Part shown: in pieces, positions 40,057 to 50,219 of the stretch
Position numbering within the stretch: position 1 is the stretch's first letter
How the letters are laid out: each line of letters opens with the position of its first letter
Virus record (IMG/VR): IMGVR_UViG_3300026085_000093
Coordinates: 172,367-236,366 of that record
Length of the DNA: 64,000 nt
Strand: one strand, 5' to 3'
Source of the DNA: a virus
Lineage: Duplodnaviria; Caudoviricetes
The notes under the pieces: generated by a model
Database searches by the model: none
The model's input: only the letters and a program-made list of their open reading frames with translations
What the model was told of the DNA's origin: nothing
Program-made: the position numbers and the translations under genes

Positions 40057-41031
40057 ATGGCATCACTAGCAGAAATTCGTGCAAAGTTAAAAGAACAAGA
40101 AAATCGCCCAAGTGGCACGACATCAGGCGGCGATAACGCAATTTACCCATTTTGGAATATCAAGGAAGGCGATAGTGTAACTATGCGCTTCTTGCCAGAC
40201 GGCGATGATTCAAACACTTTCTTTTGGAAAGAACGTTTGATGATCAAACTGCCGTTTGCAGGAATTAAAGGTCAAACTGATTCACGTCCAGTACAAGTAC
40301 AAGTACCTTGTATGGAAATGTATGGCGAATCATGTCCAATCTTGGCAGAAGTTCGTGGTTGGTTTAAAGATCCAAGTCTTGAAGATATGGGTCGTAAGTA
40401 TTGGAAAAAACGTTCTTATATCTTTCAAGGATTTGTATCAGATAATCCATTGGCAGATGACAATACTCCAGAGAATCCAATTCGTCGATTTATTATTGGT
40501 CCTCAAATCTTTCAGATCATTAAGCAGGCTCTTATGGATCCTGATATGGAAGAATTACCAACAGATTATACTGCTGGTGTGGATTTCCGTCTTAATAAAA
40601 CTTCAAAAGGTGGTTATGCTGATTACGGTACATCAACTTGGGCACGTAGAGAGCGTCCACTAAGCGATACTGAAATGGCAGCAGTGAACACACACGGCTT
40701 GTTTAATCTCAATGACTTCCTACCTAAAAAGCCAGGTGAAGTAGAAATTAAAGTTCTTACTGAAATGTTTGAAGCAAGCGTTGACGGTGAAGCATATGAT
40801 GCAGATCGTTGGAGCAATTACTTCCGTCCAGCAGGTATGTCAGCAGCAACAGGTGATCCAAATGTAGCACCTGCTAGTCCTGCACCACAGCCAGTAACAG
40901 CACCTGCTCCAGTAGCGGAAACTGTAAGTGACACTGGTTGGCAAGATCCTGCTCCAGCAGCAGCACCTGCACAAGAAAGCGGAAACGCACAGGACATTCT
41001 TGCAATGATCCGTGCAAGACAAAACCAATAA
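40057..41031 (+). CDS. gp32: Single-stranded DNA-binding protein (T4 gp32-like)
   Basis: MASLAEIRAKL, RFLP, VPCMEMYG..CPI, YWKKRSY, G.DF...KT.KGGYADY..S; AAGGAGG Shine-Dalgarno. Confidence 0.85.
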   Translation: MASLAEIRAKLKEQENRPSGTTSGGDNAIYPFWNIKEGDSVTMRFLPDGDDSNTFFWKERLMIKLPFAGIKGQTDSRPVQVQVPCMEMYGESCPILAEVRGWFKDPSLEDMGRKYWKKRSYIFQGFVSDNPLADDNTPENPIRRFIIGPQIFQIIKQALMDPDMEELPTDYTAGVDFRLNKTSKGGYADYGTSTWARRERPLSDTEMAAVNTHGLFNLNDFLPKKPGEVEIKVLTEMFEASVDGEAYDADRWSNYFRPAGMSAATGDPNVAPASPAPQPVTAPAPVAETVSDTGWQDPAPAAAPAQESGNAQDILAMIRARQNQ

Positions 41032-41045
41032 TATAGGAGACAAAG

Positions 41046-41237
41046 ATGCAAGTATCTGACAAACTAAAATCTATTGACAATTATTTCAGTGTGAATATTC
41101 TAGATAACGGATATTTCATTGAAGTCTCGGGTAGAAATCATGAAGATGATTATGCTACAGCCAAAGTAATGTACAATACTGCCGATGAAATGATCGAAGG
41201 TGTACGTTCACTTACATCAATGGACTTGGGTGACTAA
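41046..41237 (+). CDS. Hypothetical 63-aa protein
   Basis: AGGAG Shine-Dalgarno; stop overlaps the uvsX start. Confidence 0.7.
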   Translation: MQVSDKLKSIDNYFSVNILDNGYFIEVSGRNHEDDYATAKVMYNTADEMIEGVRSLTSMDLGD

Positions 41238-42319
41238 TGGCAATTAAGGCATTTGATCCGAGTAAATTCCGTAAAGACTTGACAAAGTCAATTAGCGGAA
41301 TGAGTGCAGGTTTCAATGATCCGACTGATTGGATCAGCACTGGTAACTATGCACTCAACTATTTGATCTCAGGGGACTTCCATAAGGGAGTCCCATTGGG
41401 AAAAGTTACTGTTTTCGCTGGCGAGTCTGGCGCAGGCAAATCTTACATTTGTTCAGGCAACATTGTTAAGGCTGCACAAGATCAAGGTATCTTTGTAGTT
41501 CTTATCGATTCTGAGAATGCACTCGACGAGTCATGGTTGAAAGCACTTAATGTAGATACAAGTGAAGAAAAATTACTTAAACTAAACATGAGTATGATCG
41601 ATGACGTTGCTAAAACTATTTCAGTATTCATGACAGACTATAAATCTATGGCAGAAGAAGATCGTCCAAAGGTACTATTTGTAGTCGACTCATTAGGTAT
41701 GTTACTAACACCTACTGATATTGATCAGTTTAACAAAGGTGATATGAAAGGTGATATGGGTCGTAAGCCTAAGCAATTGACCGCACTTGTTCGTAACACT
41801 GTTAACATGATCGGTAGTTGTAATGTAGGCTTAGTATGTACTAATCACACTTATGCATCACAGGATATGTTCGATCCAGATGATAAGATCAGTGGTGGTC
41901 AAGGCTTTATCTATGCATCATCTATCGTAGTAGCAATGAAAAAATTGAAACTAAAAGAAGATGAAGATGGTAATAAAGTTAGCGAAGTACGTGGTATTCG
42001 TGCAGGTTGTAAGGTAATGAAAACACGTTACGCAAAACCTTTCGAAGGCGTACAAGTAAAGATTCCATACGAAACAGGTATGAATCCTTATAGTGGACTT
42101 GTTGATTTGTTCGAAGCAAAAGGCATGATTGAAAAACAAGGCAATAGATTAAAATATACAACAAGCACAGGCGAAGAATTGTTAGAATATCGTAAAAACT
42201 GGAAAGGCGAATTACTCGACAGGGTCATGACGGATTACCTCGAAAAAGAACGTAATGTGGTAAATACCGGCACTACAGAAGAAGTAGATGACCACGAGGA
42301 GTTAGTCGAAAATGAATGA
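41237..42319 (+). CDS. uvsX: RecA-like recombinase UvsX
   Basis: ISTGNYALN, AGESGAGKS Walker A, IDSENA, VVDSLG, GGQGFIYASS, KTRYAKP. Confidence 0.93.
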   Translation: MAIKAFDPSKFRKDLTKSISGMSAGFNDPTDWISTGNYALNYLISGDFHKGVPLGKVTVFAGESGAGKSYICSGNIVKAAQDQGIFVVLIDSENALDESWLKALNVDTSEEKLLKLNMSMIDDVAKTISVFMTDYKSMAEEDRPKVLFVVDSLGMLLTPTDIDQFNKGDMKGDMGRKPKQLTALVRNTVNMIGSCNVGLVCTNHTYASQDMFDPDDKISGGQGFIYASSIVVAMKKLKLKEDEDGNKVSEVRGIRAGCKVMKTRYAKPFEGVQVKIPYETGMNPYSGLVDLFEAKGMIEKQGNRLKYTTSTGEELLEYRKNWKGELLDRVMTDYLEKERNVVNTGTTEEVDDHEELVENE

Positions 42320-42533
42320 AGAGCAGGCATGCGACATTTGGGACGTTTTTAAGATACACTTAGACAAAAAAGAAATAGAAGCCGCTGCAGAGCGATATGT
42401 TGATCTTTTAGTAGACTACGGGTTTGATGATGTGCAATTAGAAGAAATTCTAGGGCACGATAAAGTATTAGACAACGCTATCCTTTATTTCCTTGAAATG
42501 GATGAAGAAGATCAAGATGATTATGAGGAATAG
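42312..42533 (+). CDS. Hypothetical acidic protein
   Basis: Coupled ORF between uvsX and uvsY. Confidence 0.7.
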   Translation: MNEEQACDIWDVFKIHLDKKEIEAAAERYVDLLVDYGFDDVQLEEILGHDKVLDNAILYFLEMDEEDQDDYEE

Positions 42534-42535
42534 AT

Positions 42536-42991
42536 ATGGGATGGTACTCAGAAGTATCAAGAAATATTTCTAAAATTCCAGACGCAATTTTGTACTTTGA
42601 AAAAGAGTTACAAGATGCACGTCAAGAATGTAAACTTGTAGGAAATGTTGAAAAGTCAGCAGCAGCAATGCCTGGTATTGTTGAACATAGATTTAATCAA
42701 CTTCAAGAAATTGAAGCAATACTCAACTATCTAAATATTGAGCTACGTAGATTGCGTAGCTCATTTTTCAAAAAATATCTTGAAAATTATCAACGTGCGC
42801 TATCAAGTCGCGATGTTGAAAAATATGTCGACGGCGAAGCAGATGTTGTAGACTATGAAAAAATTATTAATGAATTTGCATTAATGCGTAACAAGTGGTT
42901 AGGTGTTTTAAAAGCACTTGATCAAAAACAATGGCAAATCACTAACGTTGTAAAGTTACGTGTAGCAGGTATGGAGGATGCAACACTTTGA
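42536..42991 (+). CDS. uvsY: Recombination mediator UvsY
   Basis: Helical; YLENYQRALSSRDVEKYVDGE.D, KALDQKQWQI.N.VKLRVAGME. Confidence 0.85.
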   Translation: MGWYSEVSRNISKIPDAILYFEKELQDARQECKLVGNVEKSAAAMPGIVEHRFNQLQEIEAILNYLNIELRRLRSSFFKKYLENYQRALSSRDVEKYVDGEADVVDYEKIINEFALMRNKWLGVLKALDQKQWQITNVVKLRVAGMEDATL

Positions 42992-43548
42992 CTGCAACTG
43001 AATGGTTTTATAAAGAAATTGGTAAAGATATCAAAGATGGATATTTTATTGAGATTGGCGTAATGAATGGCAAAACTCAAAATACTACAAAAGTTTTAGA
43101 ATTCAAAGGATGGAAAGGTTTACTAATTGAACCTGTTCCTTCAAATGTAAGAGCAATTAAGAAAAATAGAACAACACCAGTTATTCAAGGTGCTGTGTGG
43201 AAAGAAGATGGGTATGTTGATATTATCGACGTAGGAGTAAGAGGACACACAGGTATAAAAGAAACACATGCTTATCCTGAAAAAGCAATTAAAACAATAA
43301 AGGCAAAAAGTTATAAATTTAGTAGTTTGCCTATTCCTAAACATATCAACTACTTGCAAATTGATACAGAAGGTAGTGAACTAGAAATACTAGGTGCTAT
43401 TGAAGATGATTATACAATAGATTATATTTGTATAGAAGATAATGCAGGTGTACAAAATAATGATAGTACATATCATAATTTTATGACTGATTGGGGGTAT
43501 AAATTAATTTTTTCTGTCGCACAAGATAAAATTTATTGGAAAGGTTAA
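42988..43548 (+). CDS. FkbM-family methyltransferase
   Basis: FIEIGVMNG, GLLIEP, INYLQIDTEGSELEIL, YICIE. Confidence 0.8.
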   Translation: MTATEWFYKEIGKDIKDGYFIEIGVMNGKTQNTTKVLEFKGWKGLLIEPVPSNVRAIKKNRTTPVIQGAVWKEDGYVDIIDVGVRGHTGIKETHAYPEKAIKTIKAKSYKFSSLPIPKHINYLQIDTEGSELEILGAIEDDYTIDYICIEDNAGVQNNDSTYHNFMTDWGYKLIFSVAQDKIYWKG

Positions 43549-44519
43549 TTGTATCTTTCCATATCTGCTTGTACCATCATTGTAATTAATTCTTCAAAAC
43601 TTACACTAGGCTCCCAGCCTAGTTTTTCTTTGGCTTTTGTACTGTCGCCTTTTAGATAATAAAGTTCTGCAGGTCTTACAAATGCAGGATTTGTTACGAT
43701 TTTATCTTCCCAATTATCTATTCCAGCAGCACTAAATGCAGCATTACACAATTCTTTAATGCTCCAAGTTTTGCCTGTTGAAATTACATAATCTTCTGGT
43801 GTATCTTGCTGCATCATTAGCCACATTGCTTCAACGTAATCACCTGCAAATCCCCAGTCTCTTCTAGGATCTAAATTTCCTAATTCAATTGTATCTTGTA
43901 GTCCTGCTTTAATGCGAGCGACACCGTCTGTAATTTTACGTGTAACAAATTCTTTACCTCTAATAGGCGATTCGTGGTTAAACAAAATGCCACTAGTTGC
44001 GTATAAACTATAACTATCTCTATAATTTACAACCGCATTGTGTGCAAATACTTTACTAAAACCGTAAGGTGATCTAGGACGCATAGGTGTAAGTTCGTTT
44101 TGTGTATGATTATCTTCATAACTATTGCCATACATTTCGCTTGTGCTTGCTTGATAAAATTTTGTATCAGGTGAATGTTGTCTCAAAGACTCCATGATAT
44201 ACAATGGACCCATTGCATCAACATTTGCTGTATGGATTGGCTCTTGCCAACTTAGACCTACAAAACTCATGGCTGCAAGATTATAAAATTCGTGCGGTCT
44301 AGAAACTTTAATAGCATGATTAACACTACTAATATCAGTTACATCGCCATGTACAAATTTAATTTTTCCAGTGATGCCTAAATAATCAGTATTTGAATAA
44401 TTTTGGTTGACTCGTCTACTTGCAAAACCATATACTTCATAGTCTTTTTCTAATAACAGTTTTGCTAGATAAGCACCATCTTGTCCTGTGATGCCTGTAA
44501 CTAATGCACGTTTTTTCAT
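43545..44519 (-). CDS. gmd: GDP-mannose 4,6-dehydratase
   Basis: ALVTGITGQDGAYLA, YNLAAMSFV, FYQASTSEMYG, PRSPYG.SK, LFNHESP.RG.EFVTRKI, RDWG.AGDYV. Confidence 0.95.
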   Translation of the reverse strand: MKKRALVTGITGQDGAYLAKLLLEKDYEVYGFASRRVNQNYSNTDYLGITGKIKFVHGDVTDISSVNHAIKVSRPHEFYNLAAMSFVGLSWQEPIHTANVDAMGPLYIMESLRQHSPDTKFYQASTSEMYGNSYEDNHTQNELTPMRPRSPYGFSKVFAHNAVVNYRDSYSLYATSGILFNHESPIRGKEFVTRKITDGVARIKAGLQDTIELGNLDPRRDWGFAGDYVEAMWLMMQQDTPEDYVISTGKTWSIKELCNAAFSAAGIDNWEDKIVTNPAFVRPAELYYLKGDSTKAKEKLGWEPSVSFEELITMMVQADMERYN

Positions 44520-44591
44520 GTTATGCTCCGAACTTTTAATACGCAGTTATTTATTTACTAAATATACGTACTTAATTGAATAAGGATTCTC

Positions 44592-45356
44592 ATGCGAACT
44601 TATAGAGTAGTTACATCACAACACGAACCGTACTACAATCAAATCGGAAAAGATTGTATTACTAGTTTTTTAGAATATTGGCCTGAAAATATTTCAATAG
44701 AATTATGGGCTGAAGGGTTTGTACCTGACATTGATAATCCTAGATTGATTGTAAAAGATTTTGAAAAGGTTCGTAATGACTTAGATAAATTTTTAGAATT
44801 AATATATCCACATGTACCGCATGATCCTAAGGGAAAAGATTTATTTTCTAGATACAAATTTAGTTGGATTAAAGGCCATGTAATTACAGCAGCATTACAA
44901 GAATGTGAACAAGATGTTTTTATATGGTTAGATAGTGATGTAATTACCAATAAAAAAATACCTTTAGAGTTTATAGAAAACTTATTACCAGAAGACACAC
45001 TTTCTGTTGATATTCCAGCAGGCGGCAAAGTAAAAGGAAAAGAAGCAGAAACTGGATTTTTTATGCTTAATATGAAAGATAAAAATATACAACATGTTAT
45101 TGACTTTTACAAATTGTGTCATAATTCCCTACAAATATTAAAAGTAAGTAGGAGACTAGATACAGGTGTATGGTGGACTGCTATACATACTGCTGAAAAG
45201 AAAGGCTCTAAATTAAAACATCTTGCAACAGCAGTTGATAGTATTGTACCTTTTATGCACACAGAATTAAAAGAATATTTAAGACACTGGGTAACGAAAG
45301 CTAACAAGAGTAACTATCAAAAAGGTAAAGAAGTTACCATAGAGGAGAAATTATGA
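44592..45356 (+). CDS. Putative GT-A glycosyltransferase (paralog of the 51117 and 51956 ORFs)
   Basis: FIWLDSDV DxD motif, ETGFFMLN. Confidence 0.6.
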   Translation: MRTYRVVTSQHEPYYNQIGKDCITSFLEYWPENISIELWAEGFVPDIDNPRLIVKDFEKVRNDLDKFLELIYPHVPHDPKGKDLFSRYKFSWIKGHVITAALQECEQDVFIWLDSDVITNKKIPLEFIENLLPEDTLSVDIPAGGKVKGKEAETGFFMLNMKDKNIQHVIDFYKLCHNSLQILKVSRRLDTGVWWTAIHTAEKKGSKLKHLATAVDSIVPFMHTELKEYLRHWVTKANKSNYQKGKEVTIEEKL

Positions 45357-46657
45357 AAACAGTAGCATTTGTACCTGCAAAAGGAACTAGTGAAAGAATT
45401 GAAAATAAAAATTTACAAGTATTAGACGGAGAATATCTGTTTAAGCGTAAATTGAGACAGTTATTAGAATGTGAAGAAATAGACGAAGTTTGGCTAGACA
45501 GCGAAAGTGAAGAATTGCATAGATTAGCAAGAGACTTACCTATTAAACATCACTATAGAGATCCTAACCTAGCAAACAACAAAACCGACGGACATGCAAT
45601 GTTTGCTAATGAATCTAGAGTTACAGATGCAGACATAGTGGTGCAAGTATTATGCACAGCACCGTTTATAGACAAATCTGTGATTGATCCTGCACTAAGA
45701 GATCTAAAGAAAAGTCCTACTACAAGTTTAGTTGCTGTATCTGAGCAAAAATTATACTTATGGGACGATCACAAACCTGCATATGGCAATAGTATTCCTA
45801 ATAGTGTAGATTTGCCAAATCACATCATCGAAGCAATGAGTTTCTATGCTGTAAAAACAAATGGTCAGCCTGTTGAAAAACGTTATACAGATAATGTTAT
45901 GTTATGGCCTGTTACACCTTTACAATTAGTAGATATCAACAATCAAGAAGATCTTGTATTTGCAAGGGATATTTGTGCAGGACAAAGAGCAAAAAAAGTA
46001 CAACAACTTAAAATGTTAAGTAAAAGTATTAGTAGTTGTTTGTTAAGTGATATTTGCAAAGAAAACGGTATTGATCATTTTTTAAGCAGTGAAATAAAAT
46101 CTATGAACAACGGTACATTTTTAGGATATGCAAAAACTCTAAAACTAAAAGAATTACCACAAGATCAAAAAGACCCTGCATTACCGCATTGGGAAGGCAT
46201 ATTTGATGCATTAGGAAGTTATGAATTTGTTGCACCGGGTGATGTAATTATAGTTTCTACAGATGTAAAAGACAAAGCATACTTTGGTGATTTAAATGCA
46301 CATTTTGCATATAGAAGCGGAGCAGTGGGTGTTGTTGTAGATGGACCAACACGTGATGTAGATAGAGTTACACAAATTGGTTTACCATTATTTGCACATA
46401 CTAGAATGCCTGACGATATTAGATACGAAGGCACACTTGAAGAAATGAATATGCCAGTAATTGTTAACGGTGTTAAAGTACGTAACAATGATATTATTTT
46501 TGGTGATCCTGACGGTGTTGTATGCATACCAGCAGAAAAATGGCAGTTTGTTTTTGAAGAAGTAAAAGCAGCACTTAAAAAAGAAATGCTTGTGAAATTT
46601 GAAGCAACGTTTGGCTCAGATCCTTTTGATGTACTAAACAATGTCGGACTCTTTTAA
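45353..46657 (+). CDS. Fusion: acylneuraminate/NeuA-like cytidylyltransferase plus RraA/HMG-aldolase domain
   Basis: N-terminal FVPAKGTSERIENKN, TAPF, DIN; C-terminal GDVIIV, FGDL, VVDGPTRDVD, DIIFGDPDGVVCIP. Confidence 0.75.
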   Translation: MKTVAFVPAKGTSERIENKNLQVLDGEYLFKRKLRQLLECEEIDEVWLDSESEELHRLARDLPIKHHYRDPNLANNKTDGHAMFANESRVTDADIVVQVLCTAPFIDKSVIDPALRDLKKSPTTSLVAVSEQKLYLWDDHKPAYGNSIPNSVDLPNHIIEAMSFYAVKTNGQPVEKRYTDNVMLWPVTPLQLVDINNQEDLVFARDICAGQRAKKVQQLKMLSKSISSCLLSDICKENGIDHFLSSEIKSMNNGTFLGYAKTLKLKELPQDQKDPALPHWEGIFDALGSYEFVAPGDVIIVSTDVKDKAYFGDLNAHFAYRSGAVGVVVDGPTRDVDRVTQIGLPLFAHTRMPDDIRYEGTLEEMNMPVIVNGVKVRNNDIIFGDPDGVVCIPAEKWQFVFEEVKAALKKEMLVKFEATFGSDPFDVLNNVGLF

Positions 46658-47399
46658 TACCTATATTATAAACTATAATATGCCAGAGCATACAGACAAA
46701 ATGTATCGTATGCTTTGTAGATCAATGTTAGAAGAAGATATCTATATATTAGATAACGGTTCTGACAAAGAAACTATTCATCCTAGAACACGGATTCCAT
46801 TACCGACAAATAGAAAAGTAAGTGGCGCTTATAGAGTTATTTTTGATAGAGAAATAATTCAAAAAAAATCTTTCTTTGTTACTATTACTACTAGTGCAAC
46901 ATTATTAAAACAAAACTATAAAAAAACTATTGTAAAAACTACAAAATCTTTAAAGAAAGAAAAATGGAGTGCAATATATTCTAAAATAGAAAATGTTGAT
47001 GGTTGGGTAGATGTTGCTATACCTGAACAAATAGGAGTTGATAATTTTATTAAAAATCCTATGTTTGCTCAGCCTATACTTACAATATGGAATACAAAAT
47101 ATATCAGCGAACTAAAAAGAAAAAAACATGGCTGGTATGATGTTGCATATCACCACGGACAAGGTGCAACTGAAGATATGCGTATGTACAATTTAAATAC
47201 AGGATGGGATGAATTTACTACGCCATTGTTAAGTATAGATTGGTATAGAAATAGTACATTTAGAGAAGGCAGAGGAGAACATTCTCAGAGAGAATATTTT
47301 AAGCATAATAAACAAGAATTTAATGCTAGATTCAAAGAAAAATTTAACATGACACATCACCAAGTAAATGATTTTTTAAGTAAAAATAGGCGTAAATAA
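46641..47399 (+). CDS. Glycosyltransferase-like hypothetical protein
   Basis: IINYN...YILDNGSD GT2-type N-terminus; no clear DxD motif. Confidence 0.45.
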   Translation: MSDSFNTYIINYNMPEHTDKMYRMLCRSMLEEDIYILDNGSDKETIHPRTRIPLPTNRKVSGAYRVIFDREIIQKKSFFVTITTSATLLKQNYKKTIVKTTKSLKKEKWSAIYSKIENVDGWVDVAIPEQIGVDNFIKNPMFAQPILTIWNTKYISELKRKKHGWYDVAYHHGQGATEDMRMYNLNTGWDEFTTPLLSIDWYRNSTFREGRGEHSQREYFKHNKQEFNARFKEKFNMTHHQVNDFLSKNRRK

Positions 47400-47402
47400 A
47401 CT

Positions 47403-47954
47403 ATGATTACTTGGCAAGAACTTTGGGCACGTGATGATTACATTCACGGAAAGACTGTAAATTTTAATATAGTTGATTCCTATATTAAATTTAAACCTAA
47501 ATGTATCCTTGATATAGGATGTGGCTTTGCTACTGAATCAAAATTATTTCAAGAAAAATACGGAAGTGAATTATATTTACTAGATGGTGAATTTTCTGAA
47601 AGCAATGGCACTAGACAAGTTAGATACGGGTCTGTTGAAAACATGTCTTTTTATAATAAAATTACAGACTTAAAACGTTATTACGATAGTCAAAATATGC
47701 AATATAATTTTGTAGATGCAAACAATATTCAAATAGATGAAAATGTAACATTTGATCTTGTTTATAGTTTTTTAAGTTGTGGATTTCATTATCCTGCAAA
47801 TACATATATGGATCTTATCAACAAACATACAAATGAAAACAGTTTTATTATTATGGACATACGTAATTTAGAATCACAACAGAACATAGAAATTTTAGAC
47901 GAAATTGTTGCACAACAAAAAAGTAGAAAATATCGAATACGTTTTGTTTTTTGA
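47403..47954 (+). CDS. Class I SAM-dependent methyltransferase
   Basis: ILDIGCG, YLLDG, FDLVYSFLSCGFHYP; CGTAAATA at 47391-47398. Confidence 0.75.
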   Translation: MITWQELWARDDYIHGKTVNFNIVDSYIKFKPKCILDIGCGFATESKLFQEKYGSELYLLDGEFSESNGTRQVRYGSVENMSFYNKITDLKRYYDSQNMQYNFVDANNIQIDENVTFDLVYSFLSCGFHYPANTYMDLINKHTNENSFIIMDIRNLESQQNIEILDEIVAQQKSRKYRIRFVF

Positions 47955-48011
47955 TATACTAGGATACAACCAATAAACTTTTTTTAAGTTATATACGTAT
48001 ATAAATACAGT

Positions 48012-48782
48012 ATGGAAAAAATTGTATTAGTAACAGGTGGTTTTGATCCACTTCACTCAGGTCATATTGATTATATGAAATCAGCAAAAGAACTTGGTGA
48101 CAAGTTATTTGTCGGAATCAACAGTGACGAATGGTTAACACGAAAAAAAGGAAGACCATTTATGCCGTTTACAGAACGTGCAGCCATTATTGAAAATCTT
48201 AATTTTGTAGATAGAATTGTTGCGTTTGACGATAGTGATAATAGTGCCTGTGGAGCAATTTTTAAAACTATGTCAACAACTGGAAAGACTAAAATTATAT
48301 TTGCAAATGGTGGAGATAGAGACAGTGCTACAAACACACCAGAATATAAAACATTTGGCGATCATGCAGATGTAGAATTTGTTTGGGGTGTAGGCGGTAC
48401 AGACAAGAAAAATTCAAGCAGTTGGATACTTAGTAATTGGGATAAACCTATAACAAAACGTGCTTGGGGAGAATACAAAGTATTAGACCGAAACGGAGAA
48501 TGGCAAGTCAAAGAACTTACATTTTACCAAGGCAAAGCGTTAAGTGATCAAAGACACTTTAAACGTAGTGAACACTGGCATGTTGTAGACGGTGTTATCA
48601 ATATGTTTTTAGAAGATAAACAAGGTAAAAGAACTAGCACACTGTTAACACCAGGTGATAGTATTGATATACCTGTCGGCTGGTGGCATAAGGCAGTAAA
48701 CATAGATAACAAAGACGCTAAAGTAATCGAAGTGTGGATGGGTAAAGAATTATCAGAAGACGATATTGAAAGAAGAGATTAA
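48012..48782 (+). CDS. Fusion: HxGH cytidylyltransferase (RfaE-II/TagD-like) plus cupin (ManC/PMI C-terminal-like)
   Basis: GGFDPLHSGH, GINSDEWLTRKKG, ANGGDR; RAWGEY, QRHFKRSEHWHVV, IPVGWWH; TATAAATA at 48000-48007. Confidence 0.8.
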   Translation: MEKIVLVTGGFDPLHSGHIDYMKSAKELGDKLFVGINSDEWLTRKKGRPFMPFTERAAIIENLNFVDRIVAFDDSDNSACGAIFKTMSTTGKTKIIFANGGDRDSATNTPEYKTFGDHADVEFVWGVGGTDKKNSSSWILSNWDKPITKRAWGEYKVLDRNGEWQVKELTFYQGKALSDQRHFKRSEHWHVVDGVINMFLEDKQGKRTSTLLTPGDSIDIPVGWWHKAVNIDNKDAKVIEVWMGKELSEDDIERRD

Positions 48783-49465
48783 TGAAGATATTTGTAGGTT
48801 ATGATACTAGAGAAGATATTGCGTATCAAGTTTGTAAACATAGTATACTAAGCAAACAGCCAGCAGCTGATATACGTCCGTTAAAGCAGCAAGAATTAAG
48901 AGATTCAGGCTGGTATAAAAGAAAGGCTGATAAACTTGCTAGTACAGAATTTACATTTACAAGATTTTTGATCCCTGAACTTACAGATTTCAAAGGCTGG
49001 GCACTGTTTATGGATTGTGACATGATTCTTACAACAGACATTAAAGAATTGTTTGATCAAGCAGATGACAAATATGCTGTAATGTGTGTGAAGCATGATT
49101 ACACACCTAAAGAAGGTACAAAGATGGACGGGCAAAAACAAACTATCTATCCACGTAAAAATTGGTCAAGTGTAATGTTGTTTAACTGTGCGCATCCTAG
49201 TAACAAAGCATTGACACAAGACCTTGTAAATAATCCGGAAATAAACGGTGCATACTTGCATAGATTTAGTTGGTTAAATGATGAAGAAATTGGAGAACTG
49301 GATCACACTTGGAATTATCTTGTTGGTGTTTATGACGATGTAGAGACACCAAAATTAATACATTATACAGAAGGTGGTCCTTGGTTTGAAAACTACCGTA
49401 ACTGCGAATTTGCTGATCTATGGAAAAAAGAACTATACGAGATGATGGATGATATGTCTCTCTAA
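48782..49465 (+). CDS. GT8-like glycosyltransferase
   Basis: IFVGYD.RE, STEFTFTRFL, ALFMDCDM, RKNWSSVMLFN, WNYLVG, IHYTEGGPW. Confidence 0.75.
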   Translation: MKIFVGYDTREDIAYQVCKHSILSKQPAADIRPLKQQELRDSGWYKRKADKLASTEFTFTRFLIPELTDFKGWALFMDCDMILTTDIKELFDQADDKYAVMCVKHDYTPKEGTKMDGQKQTIYPRKNWSSVMLFNCAHPSNKALTQDLVNNPEINGAYLHRFSWLNDEEIGELDHTWNYLVGVYDDVETPKLIHYTEGGPWFENYRNCEFADLWKKELYEMMDDMSL

Positions 49466-50219
49466 AAATAAAACTGATCAATTTATTAATTTATTTGCAA
49501 AAGGATCTGGATTAGAAATTGTAACATCGCCCGGAACAAAAGGTGATATTATATTTAGATCTATGGTAAAAAGAAAATTAATAAAAGAATGTTGGGAAAC
49601 AGGTAGACAGTTTTATTATATGGACAGCGGATATATAGGAAATTATAAATCTCCAGGCAATCCATTAGGTTGGAAAGTTTGGCACAGAATTGTAAAAAAT
49701 GATTTACAGCACAATCACATTATAGATCGACCAGATGATAGATGGCTTAGATTAGGACAAGAAATACATAAACCTAAAAAAGGCAAACATATATTGTTAG
49801 TAACACCTAGTGAAAAACCTTGTAAGTTTTACGGCATAGATAGAGACAATTGGGTCAAGGAAACAGTAGAAAAAATCAAACAATACACAGATAGACCTAT
49901 AGTGATTAGAGACAAAGCATCTAGACCAGAACGTATTGTAAAAACAATATATGATGATTTAAATAACTGCCACGCATTAGTAACCTATCAAAGTATAGCA
50001 GCAGTAGAAAGTGTGTTATATGGAGTACCTGCATTTACTCTAGCACCAACAGCAGCAGATGTTGTATGTGATCAAGACTTGAGTTTGTTAGAAAATCCTA
50101 CAATGCAAGAAGAAGAAAAGATATATAAATGGGCATGTCACTTAGCCTACGGACAATTTCATACAGAAGAACTTAAAAGTGGCAAAGCATATAGGATGTT
50201 GTTAAATGAAAAAAGTTAG
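49449..50219 (+). CDS. KpsS/KpsC-like (Capsule_synth-like) putative sugar transferase
   Basis: IVIRDK, LVTYQSIAAVESVLYGVPAF, WACHLAYGQF. Confidence 0.5.
   Translation: MICLSKNKTDQFINLFAKGSGLEIVTSPGTKGDIIFRSMVKRKLIKECWETGRQFYYMDSGYIGNYKSPGNPLGWKVWHRIVKNDLQHNHIIDRPDDRWLRLGQEIHKPKKGKHILLVTPSEKPCKFYGIDRDNWVKETVEKIKQYTDRPIVIRDKASRPERIVKTIYDDLNNCHALVTYQSIAAVESVLYGVPAFTLAPTAADVVCDQDLSLLENPTMQEEEKIYKWACHLAYGQFHTEELKSGKAYRMLLNEKS

Noticed and set aside
40256-40663. 135-aa hydrophobic +1-frame ORF inside gp32
   Set aside because: Explained by T-ending codon bias of a highly expressed gene; frequent K/Q interruptions and no clear Shine-Dalgarno. Not fully excluded.
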